DNA of 64,000 nt from an uncultured bacterium (GTDB lineage Bacteria; Bacillota_I; Bacilli_A; RFN20; CAG-826). Position numbers and translations under genes: made by a program. Where the stretch lies: assembly GCA_949295325.1 (NCBI GenBank), contig CASFKG010000002.1, forward strand, positions 76,047 through 140,046, read 5' to 3'. Of this stretch, positions 18,501 to 28,248 are shown piece by piece; positions within the stretch are counted from its first letter, which is position 1; each line of letters starts with the position of its first letter. The notes under the pieces are model-generated. The model made no database searches. It saw only the letters and a program-made list of their open reading frames with translations, and was not told the DNA's origin.

Positions 18501-21500
18501 ATACGGGTCTGTGCGACCAGCCAGTTGTTCATAAAAGACGGCGATTATCTGTTCCCCGGTTTCCTCGCGGATACTTTGGGAAAGTCCCTCGAGGGCACTT
18601 CGGTCACCCTGATAGAGGGTTCGTATTTCGATTATGGGACGCAGTCGTTTGCCGTCATCGAAGGCAACGAATACGGCTTACTTAAGGCCAACGTCCTTTC
18701 CCTCGACAATCCGGACGATTGGGTCGCCGAGTCCGCCGTCTTGGGCGACGTTCTCGAATCGGCCCAGAAACTAGGTGGACTCGAGAACCTCTCGATCTAC
18801 GAAATGGACCCAGACCTATTCGAAGAACTCATGTCCTCGGCCTCCTACTCGGAGGTTCTGGGAAATCTTCTTGTCCCCAACGTCTTTGCCATGGTGGAAG
18901 ACGATTTGGCCGCTGCGCTGGTGCAATACGGCGGAATCAGCGTCGAAAACGCCAACATCGCCTATGTCTATGACGGAACGCCCCAGGAAAGGGCGGCCGA
19001 AACCGTCCTCCTTTCCGATCTGCTGGCCGCCGTAACCGATCCGACGTACGGCCTGATGGACGAAGGCCAGGTGGCGAGTTCGGTTTCGCTCGCTAGCCTT
19101 TCGGGACGCCATACCCTTAAACCGATCCTCGACGCCTTGGCGGACAGCCGGGTCTTCAATTCATCCTACGTCGAAGGCACCGACACGGCCTTCGAATCGC
19201 TTTTGGCCAGCACGCTTTACGGAACCGGGCTCTACGGCGATGCCGTGACCGGCCAGGAGGTCCTCGAAAGGGTCCGGGAAGTGACGGACTGGAACTTCGA
19301 GAACGCCTCCATCGCCGATGCCCTGGATTCCATGAAGGAGATTCTCGGCGGCGGGACCGACTTGGGGAGCCTCGACTTCGCCTCTTATTTCAGCGGTACC
19401 GCGGCCGAGGTGGAAGCAAGGAAGAGCGATTTGGCCGCCCTGCTCGACAACATGGACCAAAGCCTCTTGCTCTCGCTCGCCATGAGAAGCCAGCTCGCCG
19501 GCATGGCCTCTTCCTTCGAGGTTCCGCTTGTCGAAGGCGGCTTGGCCACCGCCAACTTCGCCTACGAAAACGGGGAAGGCCGCTACGGGCACGAGGAAAT
19601 AATGAATTTCGTGGACGCATTGTCCATATTGGCCGGTCTAGGCGACGATCCGCTTTCCGGCGACATGAGATCCTATGTCGACGTAGCCAAGCTTTTGGCC
19701 CAGAGCCATATTTTCAACACGGTTAAGGACGGGCAGGAAAGGACCTTCTTCCAAAGCACGATGTACGCGATTATCGGTAACGAGGCCATATCTGCCTATC
19801 TTTGCCCGGTGGACGACGCGGGCCGCCCGACCAGTCCGAAGGCCGAGGGGTTCGCCACTTCCGGCGATTATATCGCCAACTTCATCTACAGCGTCAATTT
19901 CCCAAGCAGCGCCGATGGCGTCGCCACCCCCGACAACCAGGTCGAATTGGACAGGCAGCAGGGGCTGATAGATTCCTTGGGGGACGTCCTGCCTTCGATT
20001 TCCGCCTTCTTCGGGGCCGGCGATTTCTCTCCCTCTAGCATCGATACCGAGACCCTCTACGGGTTGCTTGACGCCATCAACGGCAGCGATTTGCTTTTCG
20101 AAATGGTGCCGAACATCCTCTCGTCCTATTTGACCGGCGACAACCTCGACATCGAAATCGAAGGCATAGACATCGCGTTGGCCAATCCCTATTTCTCCTA
20201 TTATTACGACGAATCCAGCGGGGTCCTCGATTTCGATAGCCCCGACTGGAGCCGCCATTATCCGGCCAGCGAAATCGAGAACATCGTGGACCTCATCTCT
20301 TATCTGCGCGATTTCCGGAACGTCCTTGGCACTATCGATTTCTCCTCGGTTTCGCCCATCGCTTTCCACGACGTGCTCATGCTTGCCCACGACTCCTACG
20401 TGTTCAACCTGGCCGGTCCGAACCAGCAGAACCTGAGCCATGCCCGCAACGCGATCGACCAACTGCCGAACAACCTGACCGTGTTCGAACAGCTGATGCT
20501 AAAGGTCTACGATGCCACCGCGATAGGATATTTCTCCTTCGACGTCCAGGAGGATGCCGTATTCCTGCTCTCCTTAAAGGACAATAACGGCAATCCGTTC
20601 CTGGGAAGCTATTCGGATCTTCTGTCCTTTGCCGCCCGGGAAGACGCCAAGGAGGTAGGTTCGAGGGCCAAACTCTATGCGAGGATAATCGAAGGGCGCG
20701 ACGGCGGCTTCGACTATGAGCGCGAAATCGCCGCCCTTACCATCGGAAGCCCGACCGAAGTCGGTTTCTTCGAAGCCATCCAGAACAGCGACCTGCTCGG
20801 CAGCGACAGCGACCTTTCCAACGTTTCCACGAGCTTCGAGAACCTTTCGCCCGACGATCTCGGCCTCTTGCTGCGGAGCCTCAACGAACTCGAACTGGTC
20901 GACCTTCCGGCCGCCTATCTGGCCGATTCGATGGTCAACGGCTTGCCGGACGAAAACTCCTCGTCGAGTTTCTCCGGGATGGGAATGCAAAGCTATTCCA
21001 GCTATTCCGTAAAAAGCGGTAGCAGCCTCTTCGGCGAAGGCCGCATCCTCTCTCTCGACATAAGCGAGGTCGACGAGACCCTCCTTGACGGCCTTACTTT
21101 CACATTGCACGGCAAGGACCGGGAAGGTACGGCGGCGAACGTTTCCGACTTACCCCATAGCGGCGGGCACTACGATTTCGGGGACCTGCTCCCTTACGGC
21201 CTAGAGGTCAGCGGCCTTCCGGAGGACTCGAATGCCGCGTTTACCTACACGGTCGACAGCTCGGACTACTTCTTCAGGGAAGAAAAGACCATTGCGGCGG
21301 CCGCGCAGCGTTACCGCGAAGGCGGCATAGAGACGATGGTCGAGATGCTCGACGCGCTCTATATCGACGGCGACGGCGACGGGACCGAGGACAGCTATTT
21401 CGCCTTCGACGCCTCCAGCCGGGAAGGCATCACCCAGGCCCTCGACATCGGCACCGCCACCATCTTGGAGTTCCTCGGATCCAAAGGCGGTTTCTACGTG

Positions 21501-22535
21501 ACCCCGTCCGGCGATTATACCGGCGGCGCCATTACCCTATATAACCTGCTTATCGTCTCCAGCGACCTGAGCGGCCTCGCCGATCTGCTACCCGGCATCG
21601 AGATCCCGGCATCCGCGAATGTCCCGCTAGGGGAAGCGGTAGTGTACGGCGGCATCCCCATGGGAGAAGACGGCCTTCCCGTCGAGGGAGCCGAGGGAAC
21701 CGCGACCGACGATCCGCTCGCAGCCATCGGGAACATCCTAAGCCTTCTTGAGTACAATAGCGGCTTCGCTGATGGCAGCGGCCACCATCCTACCTATGCC
21801 CAGGAAGGGAAGTGGCTCGACGAAAACATCGCGGGAATCGTGGCCTTCGAAGGCCTCTATTACGGGTTCGAAGCCGCGGCCATCGCGGATGCTCCGTCAT
21901 ACCTCTATTTGATGAACCTCCTGGATCAGGCGGATTCGCCTTACGGGGATTTCTATTCCTCCCTTTTCGGATCCGATTCCAATCTTGTTGCCGACAAACC
22001 GCTGTTCGGGGCGAACATGATCGCCAACTTGGCCGGCGAGATGACCGCGGGCTTCCGCGGCTATGCCCGCGAGGCCAGCGGCCTGCCTTTGTCCACATCC
22101 CGTCCCTACATCATCCAAAAGGTCGGCGCGGATCCGGCCGCCTTGGCGAGTTTGCCGGACAATCTCGCATTCGCCCTTGAAGACGGAGATTTCTTCAAAG
22201 GGGCGGACGTTGCCTTGCTCTGCCAGTCTGACGGCGGCCTCGCGGACCTGCTGAAGGTGATGGGGTCGTTGGTAAGCGGCGATCCGGTCGAGTCCATCAT
22301 AGACGGGTTCGCCGAACTGCAGCCCGATAGCCCGGATGCCTGGGGATTCGCCTACGAGGCCGCGGTGTCGCTTCTTGTCGGACCGCTGTTCGACGAAATG
22401 GCGCTTTCGGGATATCTCGATTCCAGTAGCCAAGCCAACATTCCCGACTTCATGGATTTCGATTCCAGGTTCCTTACCATCGGGGAAAACGGCCCGGAAA
22501 ACGTCTTCGCCTATCTTTCTGCCAATGTCCGCTAA
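15591..22535 (+). CDS. giant (~2314 aa) highly acidic membrane-anchored protein of unknown function
   Basis: Single uninterrupted ORF 15558..22535. The likely start is ATG 15591, 7 nt after the -10 (leaderless). The N-terminal ~230 aa contain 4-5 hydrophobic helices and a KRIRRNRKKMNKGR loop. The remaining >2000 aa are D/E/S/G/L-rich with isolated DxDxDG-like motifs (DTNNDGRPDAV; YIDGDGDGTEDSYF). No enzymatic or known adhesin domain was recognised. Confidence 0.7.
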   Translation: MGSLFRILADAVDVGSIVDILTTSLNVAFWAIVALLILAFLWGLLHGWRYGVYRLVSFAIWIAVFLICLEPLADFVGNFDLSGFGLPAINLAINGATVSVSWTTPFATIGTLVSEAMKALGTNLDPSELASYAISLATNSVKLVLLLVYGLLLLTLVNFVIWLFWHILFKWLTPKRIRRNRKKMNKGRIVNGLVQTAFVFVAGALVIYPLTSVVNTINQAVVRPDEETMEQIRADNGTYATVVDVLDAYDSSIFAQVFFNWSESEGMTFDAKLIDLLINSNYGDMSVSLLQELGSIASIAATALSTGVDLSGSQGEILSTLITANQTPEILRLLADNQLVSIALPFAFQIAVNIDEVSSYLLTDEGIAADSEDFSNALDSLADLYQGVLDSGTLEGLYIDDNGQMSFDLDYVFNLFNEETKADFDAFFDSIDDGKLALFENILDSFAYVQAVAADKQFGEDPNVLTIADFLPEATFVDTNNDGRPDAVSQDFKDIEWGSELRYVYDFVYEANSIDPDFAPALLSGLMASGGTGEVNMQPVIDFAVDNITDISDLFVGDLGDIDSETGHSKTEGETCLLDSSLINNAMPKMLSLLGTGINSGLFEDEEVVDMQPITDELEGATVAESMINYKRELSSLLSVMEEFLVGHPSASALLKDFEEHPGVYIDPDNVFQGMEGDIYDGAIDALRVMDSSLIASNILPAVFSKFLDGDGNFVNNLLGPEALPLDFGVENLGGELADLLAAVKELDPYIPVLTGLGSSSFSSSQIKDLLSVEIGEGSDAKPLLGYLLDLFANSKILNPVDEVDGVTVINTNYYCLMKTVADAAFGEGSFRLSIGDFQDASFAESENDAFLRVLGEIVDTGLLDNLGDVASGEITRVLRVLNAIPEEDFVSLFGSLGDSLVLKSCISDFLDENLTAALFGTDSGISFGNVTDWVEEGRSLKALIRFASEVGDLSNIDFFNSDPYAVEGIIRVCATSQLFIKDGDYLFPGFLADTLGKSLEGTSVTLIEGSYFDYGTQSFAVIEGNEYGLLKANVLSLDNPDDWVAESAVLGDVLESAQKLGGLENLSIYEMDPDLFEELMSSASYSEVLGNLLVPNVFAMVEDDLAAALVQYGGISVENANIAYVYDGTPQERAAETVLLSDLLAAVTDPTYGLMDEGQVASSVSLASLSGRHTLKPILDALADSRVFNSSYVEGTDTAFESLLASTLYGTGLYGDAVTGQEVLERVREVTDWNFENASIADALDSMKEILGGGTDLGSLDFASYFSGTAAEVEARKSDLAALLDNMDQSLLLSLAMRSQLAGMASSFEVPLVEGGLATANFAYENGEGRYGHEEIMNFVDALSILAGLGDDPLSGDMRSYVDVAKLLAQSHIFNTVKDGQERTFFQSTMYAIIGNEAISAYLCPVDDAGRPTSPKAEGFATSGDYIANFIYSVNFPSSADGVATPDNQVELDRQQGLIDSLGDVLPSISAFFGAGDFSPSSIDTETLYGLLDAINGSDLLFEMVPNILSSYLTGDNLDIEIEGIDIALANPYFSYYYDESSGVLDFDSPDWSRHYPASEIENIVDLISYLRDFRNVLGTIDFSSVSPIAFHDVLMLAHDSYVFNLAGPNQQNLSHARNAIDQLPNNLTVFEQLMLKVYDATAIGYFSFDVQEDAVFLLSLKDNNGNPFLGSYSDLLSFAAREDAKEVGSRAKLYARIIEGRDGGFDYEREIAALTIGSPTEVGFFEAIQNSDLLGSDSDLSNVSTSFENLSPDDLGLLLRSLNELELVDLPAAYLADSMVNGLPDENSSSSFSGMGMQSYSSYSVKSGSSLFGEGRILSLDISEVDETLLDGLTFTLHGKDREGTAANVSDLPHSGGHYDFGDLLPYGLEVSGLPEDSNAAFTYTVDSSDYFFREEKTIAAAAQRYREGGIETMVEMLDALYIDGDGDGTEDSYFAFDASSREGITQALDIGTATILEFLGSKGGFYVTPSGDYTGGAITLYNLLIVSSDLSGLADLLPGIEIPASANVPLGEAVVYGGIPMGEDGLPVEGAEGTATDDPLAAIGNILSLLEYNSGFADGSGHHPTYAQEGKWLDENIAGIVAFEGLYYGFEAAAIADAPSYLYLMNLLDQADSPYGDFYSSLFGSDSNLVADKPLFGANMIANLAGEMTAGFRGYAREASGLPLSTSRPYIIQKVGADPAALASLPDNLAFALEDGDFFKGADVALLCQSDGGLADLLKVMGSLVSGDPVESIIDGFAELQPDSPDAWGFAYEAAVSLLVGPLFDEMALSGYLDSSSQANIPDFMDFDSRFLTIGENGPENVFAYLSANVR

Positions 22536-23121
22536 GTTCGGAATCGTCGCCGAAAGCCGTTATGAATGCAAGGTGCTTTCGTCGACTTTCCGGTTCGCCT
22601 TGATTCCGCTTCGCGGCCGTTCCCCCGAAGAAACGGCCGAGGAATTCAAGAACGAGGAAAAGGGCGCCAGCCACTATCCATATGCCTACGTGGAAGGAAG
22701 CCGGGAGCGCTGCAGCGACGACGGGGAACCCCACGCGGCCGCGGGTCTTCCGTTCCTCAATTTGCTTAGGAGCAGGGAACTCGACGGCGTCTTGCTCATC
22801 TGCGCCCGCCATTTCGGCGGGACCAAGCTCGGCCTAGGACGGCTCAAGCACGTCTTTTCGGACGGCGCCAAGCAAGTAATCGCCTTAGCCAAGGTAGGGG
22901 AAATAGTCATAACCGATACCTACGAGGTCGAGGTTCCTTTCGAGAGGATGGCGGCCGCGGAAAACCTGCTAAAGCGTAATGGCGTCGCCCACCGGCGCGA
23001 AATCGGGGCCGAGATGGCCGTAGTAAGTTTCGACGGCAATGCTAATATATGCGCGGCTTTGGAAACCCTCGGCCTCAAGCCCTCTTTCCTTGGCAGCAGG
23101 AAGTCAGTAAAGGAGATTTGA
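22525..23121 (+). CDS. YigZ/IMPACT-family protein (UPF0029)
   Basis: ~198 aa with LICARHFGGTKLGLGRL, the YigZ/IMPACT signature. ATG 22525 overlaps the last 11 nt of the giant gene. The ORF as called (22336) has a nonsense N-terminal extension. Confidence 0.7.
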   Translation: MSAKFGIVAESRYECKVLSSTFRFALIPLRGRSPEETAEEFKNEEKGASHYPYAYVEGSRERCSDDGEPHAAAGLPFLNLLRSRELDGVLLICARHFGGTKLGLGRLKHVFSDGAKQVIALAKVGEIVITDTYEVEVPFERMAAAENLLKRNGVAHRREIGAEMAVVSFDGNANICAALETLGLKPSFLGSRKSVKEI

Positions 23122-23123
23122 AC

Positions 23124-24443
23124 ATGATGAACTACGATGAACGGGTCGACAGCTGCGAATACCAAAGGCGCCGGCGCGACTTGGCCAGGAAGATAAAGGA
23201 AGACAGTCTCATCGTCCTCTTCTCGGGAGTCGAAAAGAAAAAAAGCGCCGACGAGAACTATCCATTCGAAGTCAACAAGAATTTCTATTATCTGACTGGC
23301 ATCGACCAGTCCGATTCCGTCATCATCATCTCGGTGAATGGCGGCATCTACCGGGAATACCTTTTCGTTGCTCCTTACGACGAAAAGAAGGAGAAATGGA
23401 CCGGCAAGCTCCTCACTTTCGCCCAAGCCAGCGAAATAAGCGCCTGCCAAAACGTCCTGCCGACCGGCGCCTTCGGGGCCATGCTCGAAAGGGCATTGGG
23501 GGGAAATAGCGAGGAGCTCGAGGAGCCCAAGCACCTTTATTTCGATTTCGAGAAGGAAAACAAGATTGCCGAGGAAACCAGCGTAAGCGACTTCCGCGGA
23601 AAAATCGCCGGCATGTTTCCGGCCATTCCCCAGTTCGATGTCTATCCGTACGTCACCACGATGAGGCTCGTGAAGTCGAGCCAGGAAATGAAACTGTTCA
23701 AGCGGGCCGTAAGCGCGACCAAGGCAGCAATCGAAAAAACCGTCGCCGCCATCCGGCCGGGCGTCAGGGAATACGAGCTAGCCGATGCCTTCCTCCACGA
23801 GGTAAACGACCAAACCGGTTATCAAGGACTGAGCTTTGCGACGATAATGGCATCGGGGAAAAACGCGGCTATCCTGCATTATCCGACGCCGAAGGATACG
23901 TGTCTGGACGGCGATCTGATCCTCATGGACCTAGGGGGCCGCTTCGGGTATTACAACGCGGACGTTTCCCGTACCTTCCCGGTAAACGGCAAGTTCGACG
24001 ACCTGCAGCTCAAACTCTACGAGATGGTCCTTAACGCCAACAAACTTGTCATCTCGTTGGCCCGCCCGGGAGTGACCATCCGGGAACTTCAAAATGCCAC
24101 CAAGGCGCATCTGGCCAAAGGCATGGTCGATCTGGGGCTCATGGATTCCGAAGACGATCTCATCAAGTATTACTTCCACGGCGTGAGCCACCTAATCGGC
24201 CTCGATACCCACGATCCCTACGAATCCATAGAGGGGAGTGTTGATTACCACGACATCCCCCTGCAGCCGGGCATGATAATAAGCGACGAACCCGGCATAT
24301 ACATCGCCGAAAGGGGAATCGGAATCAGGATCGAGGACGATCTCTACATAACCGAGAGCGGCTGCGTTAACCTGACCAGCGAGATCCTGAAGGAGCCCAA
24401 GGACATCGAAGCCTTCTTTTCCAAACTACAGGGCACCCGTTAG
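23124..24443 (+). CDS. pepP: Xaa-Pro aminopeptidase (M24B family)
   Basis: N-terminal creatinase-like domain followed by a pita-bread domain (DLGGRFGYYNADVSRTF…HGVSHLIGLDTHD…EPGIY…IEDD). RBS AAGGAG is 7 nt upstream of ATG 23124. Confidence 0.8.
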   Translation: MMNYDERVDSCEYQRRRRDLARKIKEDSLIVLFSGVEKKKSADENYPFEVNKNFYYLTGIDQSDSVIIISVNGGIYREYLFVAPYDEKKEKWTGKLLTFAQASEISACQNVLPTGAFGAMLERALGGNSEELEEPKHLYFDFEKENKIAEETSVSDFRGKIAGMFPAIPQFDVYPYVTTMRLVKSSQEMKLFKRAVSATKAAIEKTVAAIRPGVREYELADAFLHEVNDQTGYQGLSFATIMASGKNAAILHYPTPKDTCLDGDLILMDLGGRFGYYNADVSRTFPVNGKFDDLQLKLYEMVLNANKLVISLARPGVTIRELQNATKAHLAKGMVDLGLMDSEDDLIKYYFHGVSHLIGLDTHDPYESIEGSVDYHDIPLQPGMIISDEPGIYIAERGIGIRIEDDLYITESGCVNLTSEILKEPKDIEAFFSKLQGTR

Positions 24444-24452
24444 AATAAACGG

Positions 24453-25927
<1,475 letters not shown>

Positions 25928-25931
<4 letters not shown>

Positions 25932-28234
25932 ACGTTAGCTTAAACGGAAAGCTTGTCATCGTTCCTTATGGACTGAGGGATTCGGTACTGTCTTTAAGGC
26001 GGCAAAACCCCACCTTGGATTTTCTTCTTTTTTCCTACGAGGAACTGGAAGGGCTGCTCGGCTTCCGGGCGGGAGACAAGGCCCTTGGCTATCTGGTCGG
26101 CGAAAAGGGATACACGATTGCCAAGGCCGAAAAAACGCTTTCCGCGATATGCAAGATTGGAAAAACCACCGCAAAAGGAGCATTTTTCGAAAAAATATCC
26201 GCAATCCGGGATGAGTTGCTCGAAAAGGGCCTGCTTTATGCCCATCCCAATCCGCGTCTATTGCTCGAACACCACGAACCGTTGGTTTACGGATATCCGA
26301 AATGCCGAAAATTGGAAAAACTGATCGCGAGGCTTGGCTTGGGAGATGCAACCTACGTCCCCCTTTCGACCAACGAACGCGTCAAGCCCGCTAGGCTCTA
26401 CGACGACTTCTACATGGAAGGCCTGGCCCTTCTTTCCGAAACGGCGAAACTGCTCCGTGAAACGGACGACCCGCGGAAAGTACACATCTACGGACTTTCC
26501 GGGAACCTCCGTGAATTCTTCATGCAGGAGGCCCCGGCCTACGGCTTTTCGATTCCGAGGAACGTGGCGCTCAGCGATACGCTTTTGTTCCGGGAGTTCA
26601 TTTCCGGTATCGGAAGCGGAGACGACGAAAAAAGGCTCGAAGATCTTTTTTCGGGGCTAGCGGAAAACACCGGCGCGAGGCAGCTGGCTTCTCTGGTCAA
26701 TTCCTTCTCCTCCATAAAGGACCTGGATAGGCGCAAGGCCCTCTACATGGAATCGGCCCGGGCGGTAGAAGTCGGCATTCCGGCGGTTTCCGGGGGACCT
26801 GGCGAGATCACTTCTCCCTACGTTCCGGAAGAGGAAAAGATCATCGTCGTTTCGGCGTATCTCGGAACCCTCCCAAGGACCAGCGTCGAGGATACCTATT
26901 TCAAGGACGAGTACAAGGAGCTGGCCGGGCTTCCCACTTCCGTGGACGAAGCCGAGCTCCGGGCCTTGGAGGGCGGGATGCTGCTGAGGCACAGGGGCCT
27001 AGTTTATTCCTCGCTTAACAAGGAAGGCGGAAAGCCCTCCTATCTATACGGCGACGCCGACTTGCTGCCTTCCGACGTCGCTACCGTAACGGAGAACGGG
27101 GGAGATGCGGTGCTTTTCGGCTTCCTCAAGGACCTTCAGGAGCAGACCCTGAACGAAGACCCCCGGATTAACGTTCTTTTGGAAAAAAGGCCGGATTTGA
27201 AGGATATCCACGGAACTTTTCCCTATGATTTCGGCGGAAACGGCGATCGGAACTTTGCCCGCGGAAAGGCCGCCCGCAGGTATTCCTATTCCGGTCTCAA
27301 GATATACCGCCTTTGCCCGTTTTCCTATTATCTTTCCCACGTTCTCGGATTGAAGGACGGGGAAGATAACTTCGGCGCTTTCGTCGGCAATTTCTTTCAC
27401 CACATGCTGAAACTCCGTGACGATCCCTCCCTCGATGCAAAGCAGCTGAAGGACAAGGCGGCTTCGGAGGCCGCCGCCTTGAGGAAGGAACCGCTTAGCG
27501 AAGAAGAAAAGGTGCTATTCGCCAAGGTCTATGCTTTCGCCGACGAGATGCTCAAGAGGATCGCCGCCTTCGAAGATGCGCTCGGTTACCGCGGCATCGA
27601 GCGCGAGGCCCGCTTCGATTTCCGCCAAGGCGGCTTTTCCGTGAACGGTTCGGTCGACGAAATCATCCACGTCGGCGGCCCGTTGCCCTACGATGTCCTG
27701 ATCGATTTCAAGACCGGTACCGAAAAATTCGATCCCGACATATTCCGGCAATACCGGGTCGAAAGCCAGCTTCCAATCTATTCCTGGGTCCACGATGCTT
27801 CCAGCGGGCCGACCGATCAGACCGGCGCCGCCCTCATTTTCCCGCTCGCCCCGGCCAAGGCCTCCTTCTGGCCGGATTCGTGGTCGCAGGGAACCAAGAA
27901 CAAGAGGAAGGCCGATTTGCCAAAGGTAAACGGCATCCTCCTCGACGAGCCGCGGGTCTACGAGCCCCTTAACGCGAGCGAAATAGTCGCCGGGGCCACC
28001 AAATTCAAGGATGACGGGACTGTCCGGTCGGCCTATCGCGGCATATCCCAAAGCGGCATCGACGCCATCAAAAAGGAAGCCCTCGGCTATCTTGCCGACC
28101 TCGATTCCTCTATCCAGGACGGGGAATTCGCCGTGAAGCCGGTCGAGATAAAGAAAACCGGCGATAACGCCTGCGCCAATTGTCCCTTCCGGGACGTCTG
28201 CTACCGCCGGGACGGGGTCGTCGAACACATTTAA
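25928..28234 (+). CDS. addB: helicase-nuclease complex subunit B (AddB/RexB-like; PD-(D/E)XK nuclease with C-terminal Cys cluster)
   Basis: 768 aa lying upstream of addA. The C-terminus has a DFKTG…K nuclease motif and CANCPFRDVCYRR cysteines. The start overlaps the glpK stop. Confidence 0.7.
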
Positions 28235-28248
28235 CGGAGATAACGAAC

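Noticed and set aside
16050-22433. Many 60-270-aa ORFs on both strands inside the giant gene (e.g. 19638..20462 -, 21897..22433 -, 17078..17632 +)
   Set aside because: All lie within one continuous 6.9-kb frame with coherent composition. The alternative frames are Arg/Pro-rich nonsense expected in GC-rich sequence.
22336-22524. N-terminal extension of the yigZ ORF as called
   Set aside because: The translation upstream of ATG 22525 (MPGDSPTRPRCRFL…) is out-of-frame read-through of the giant gene's 3' end. YigZ homology begins at MSAKFG.
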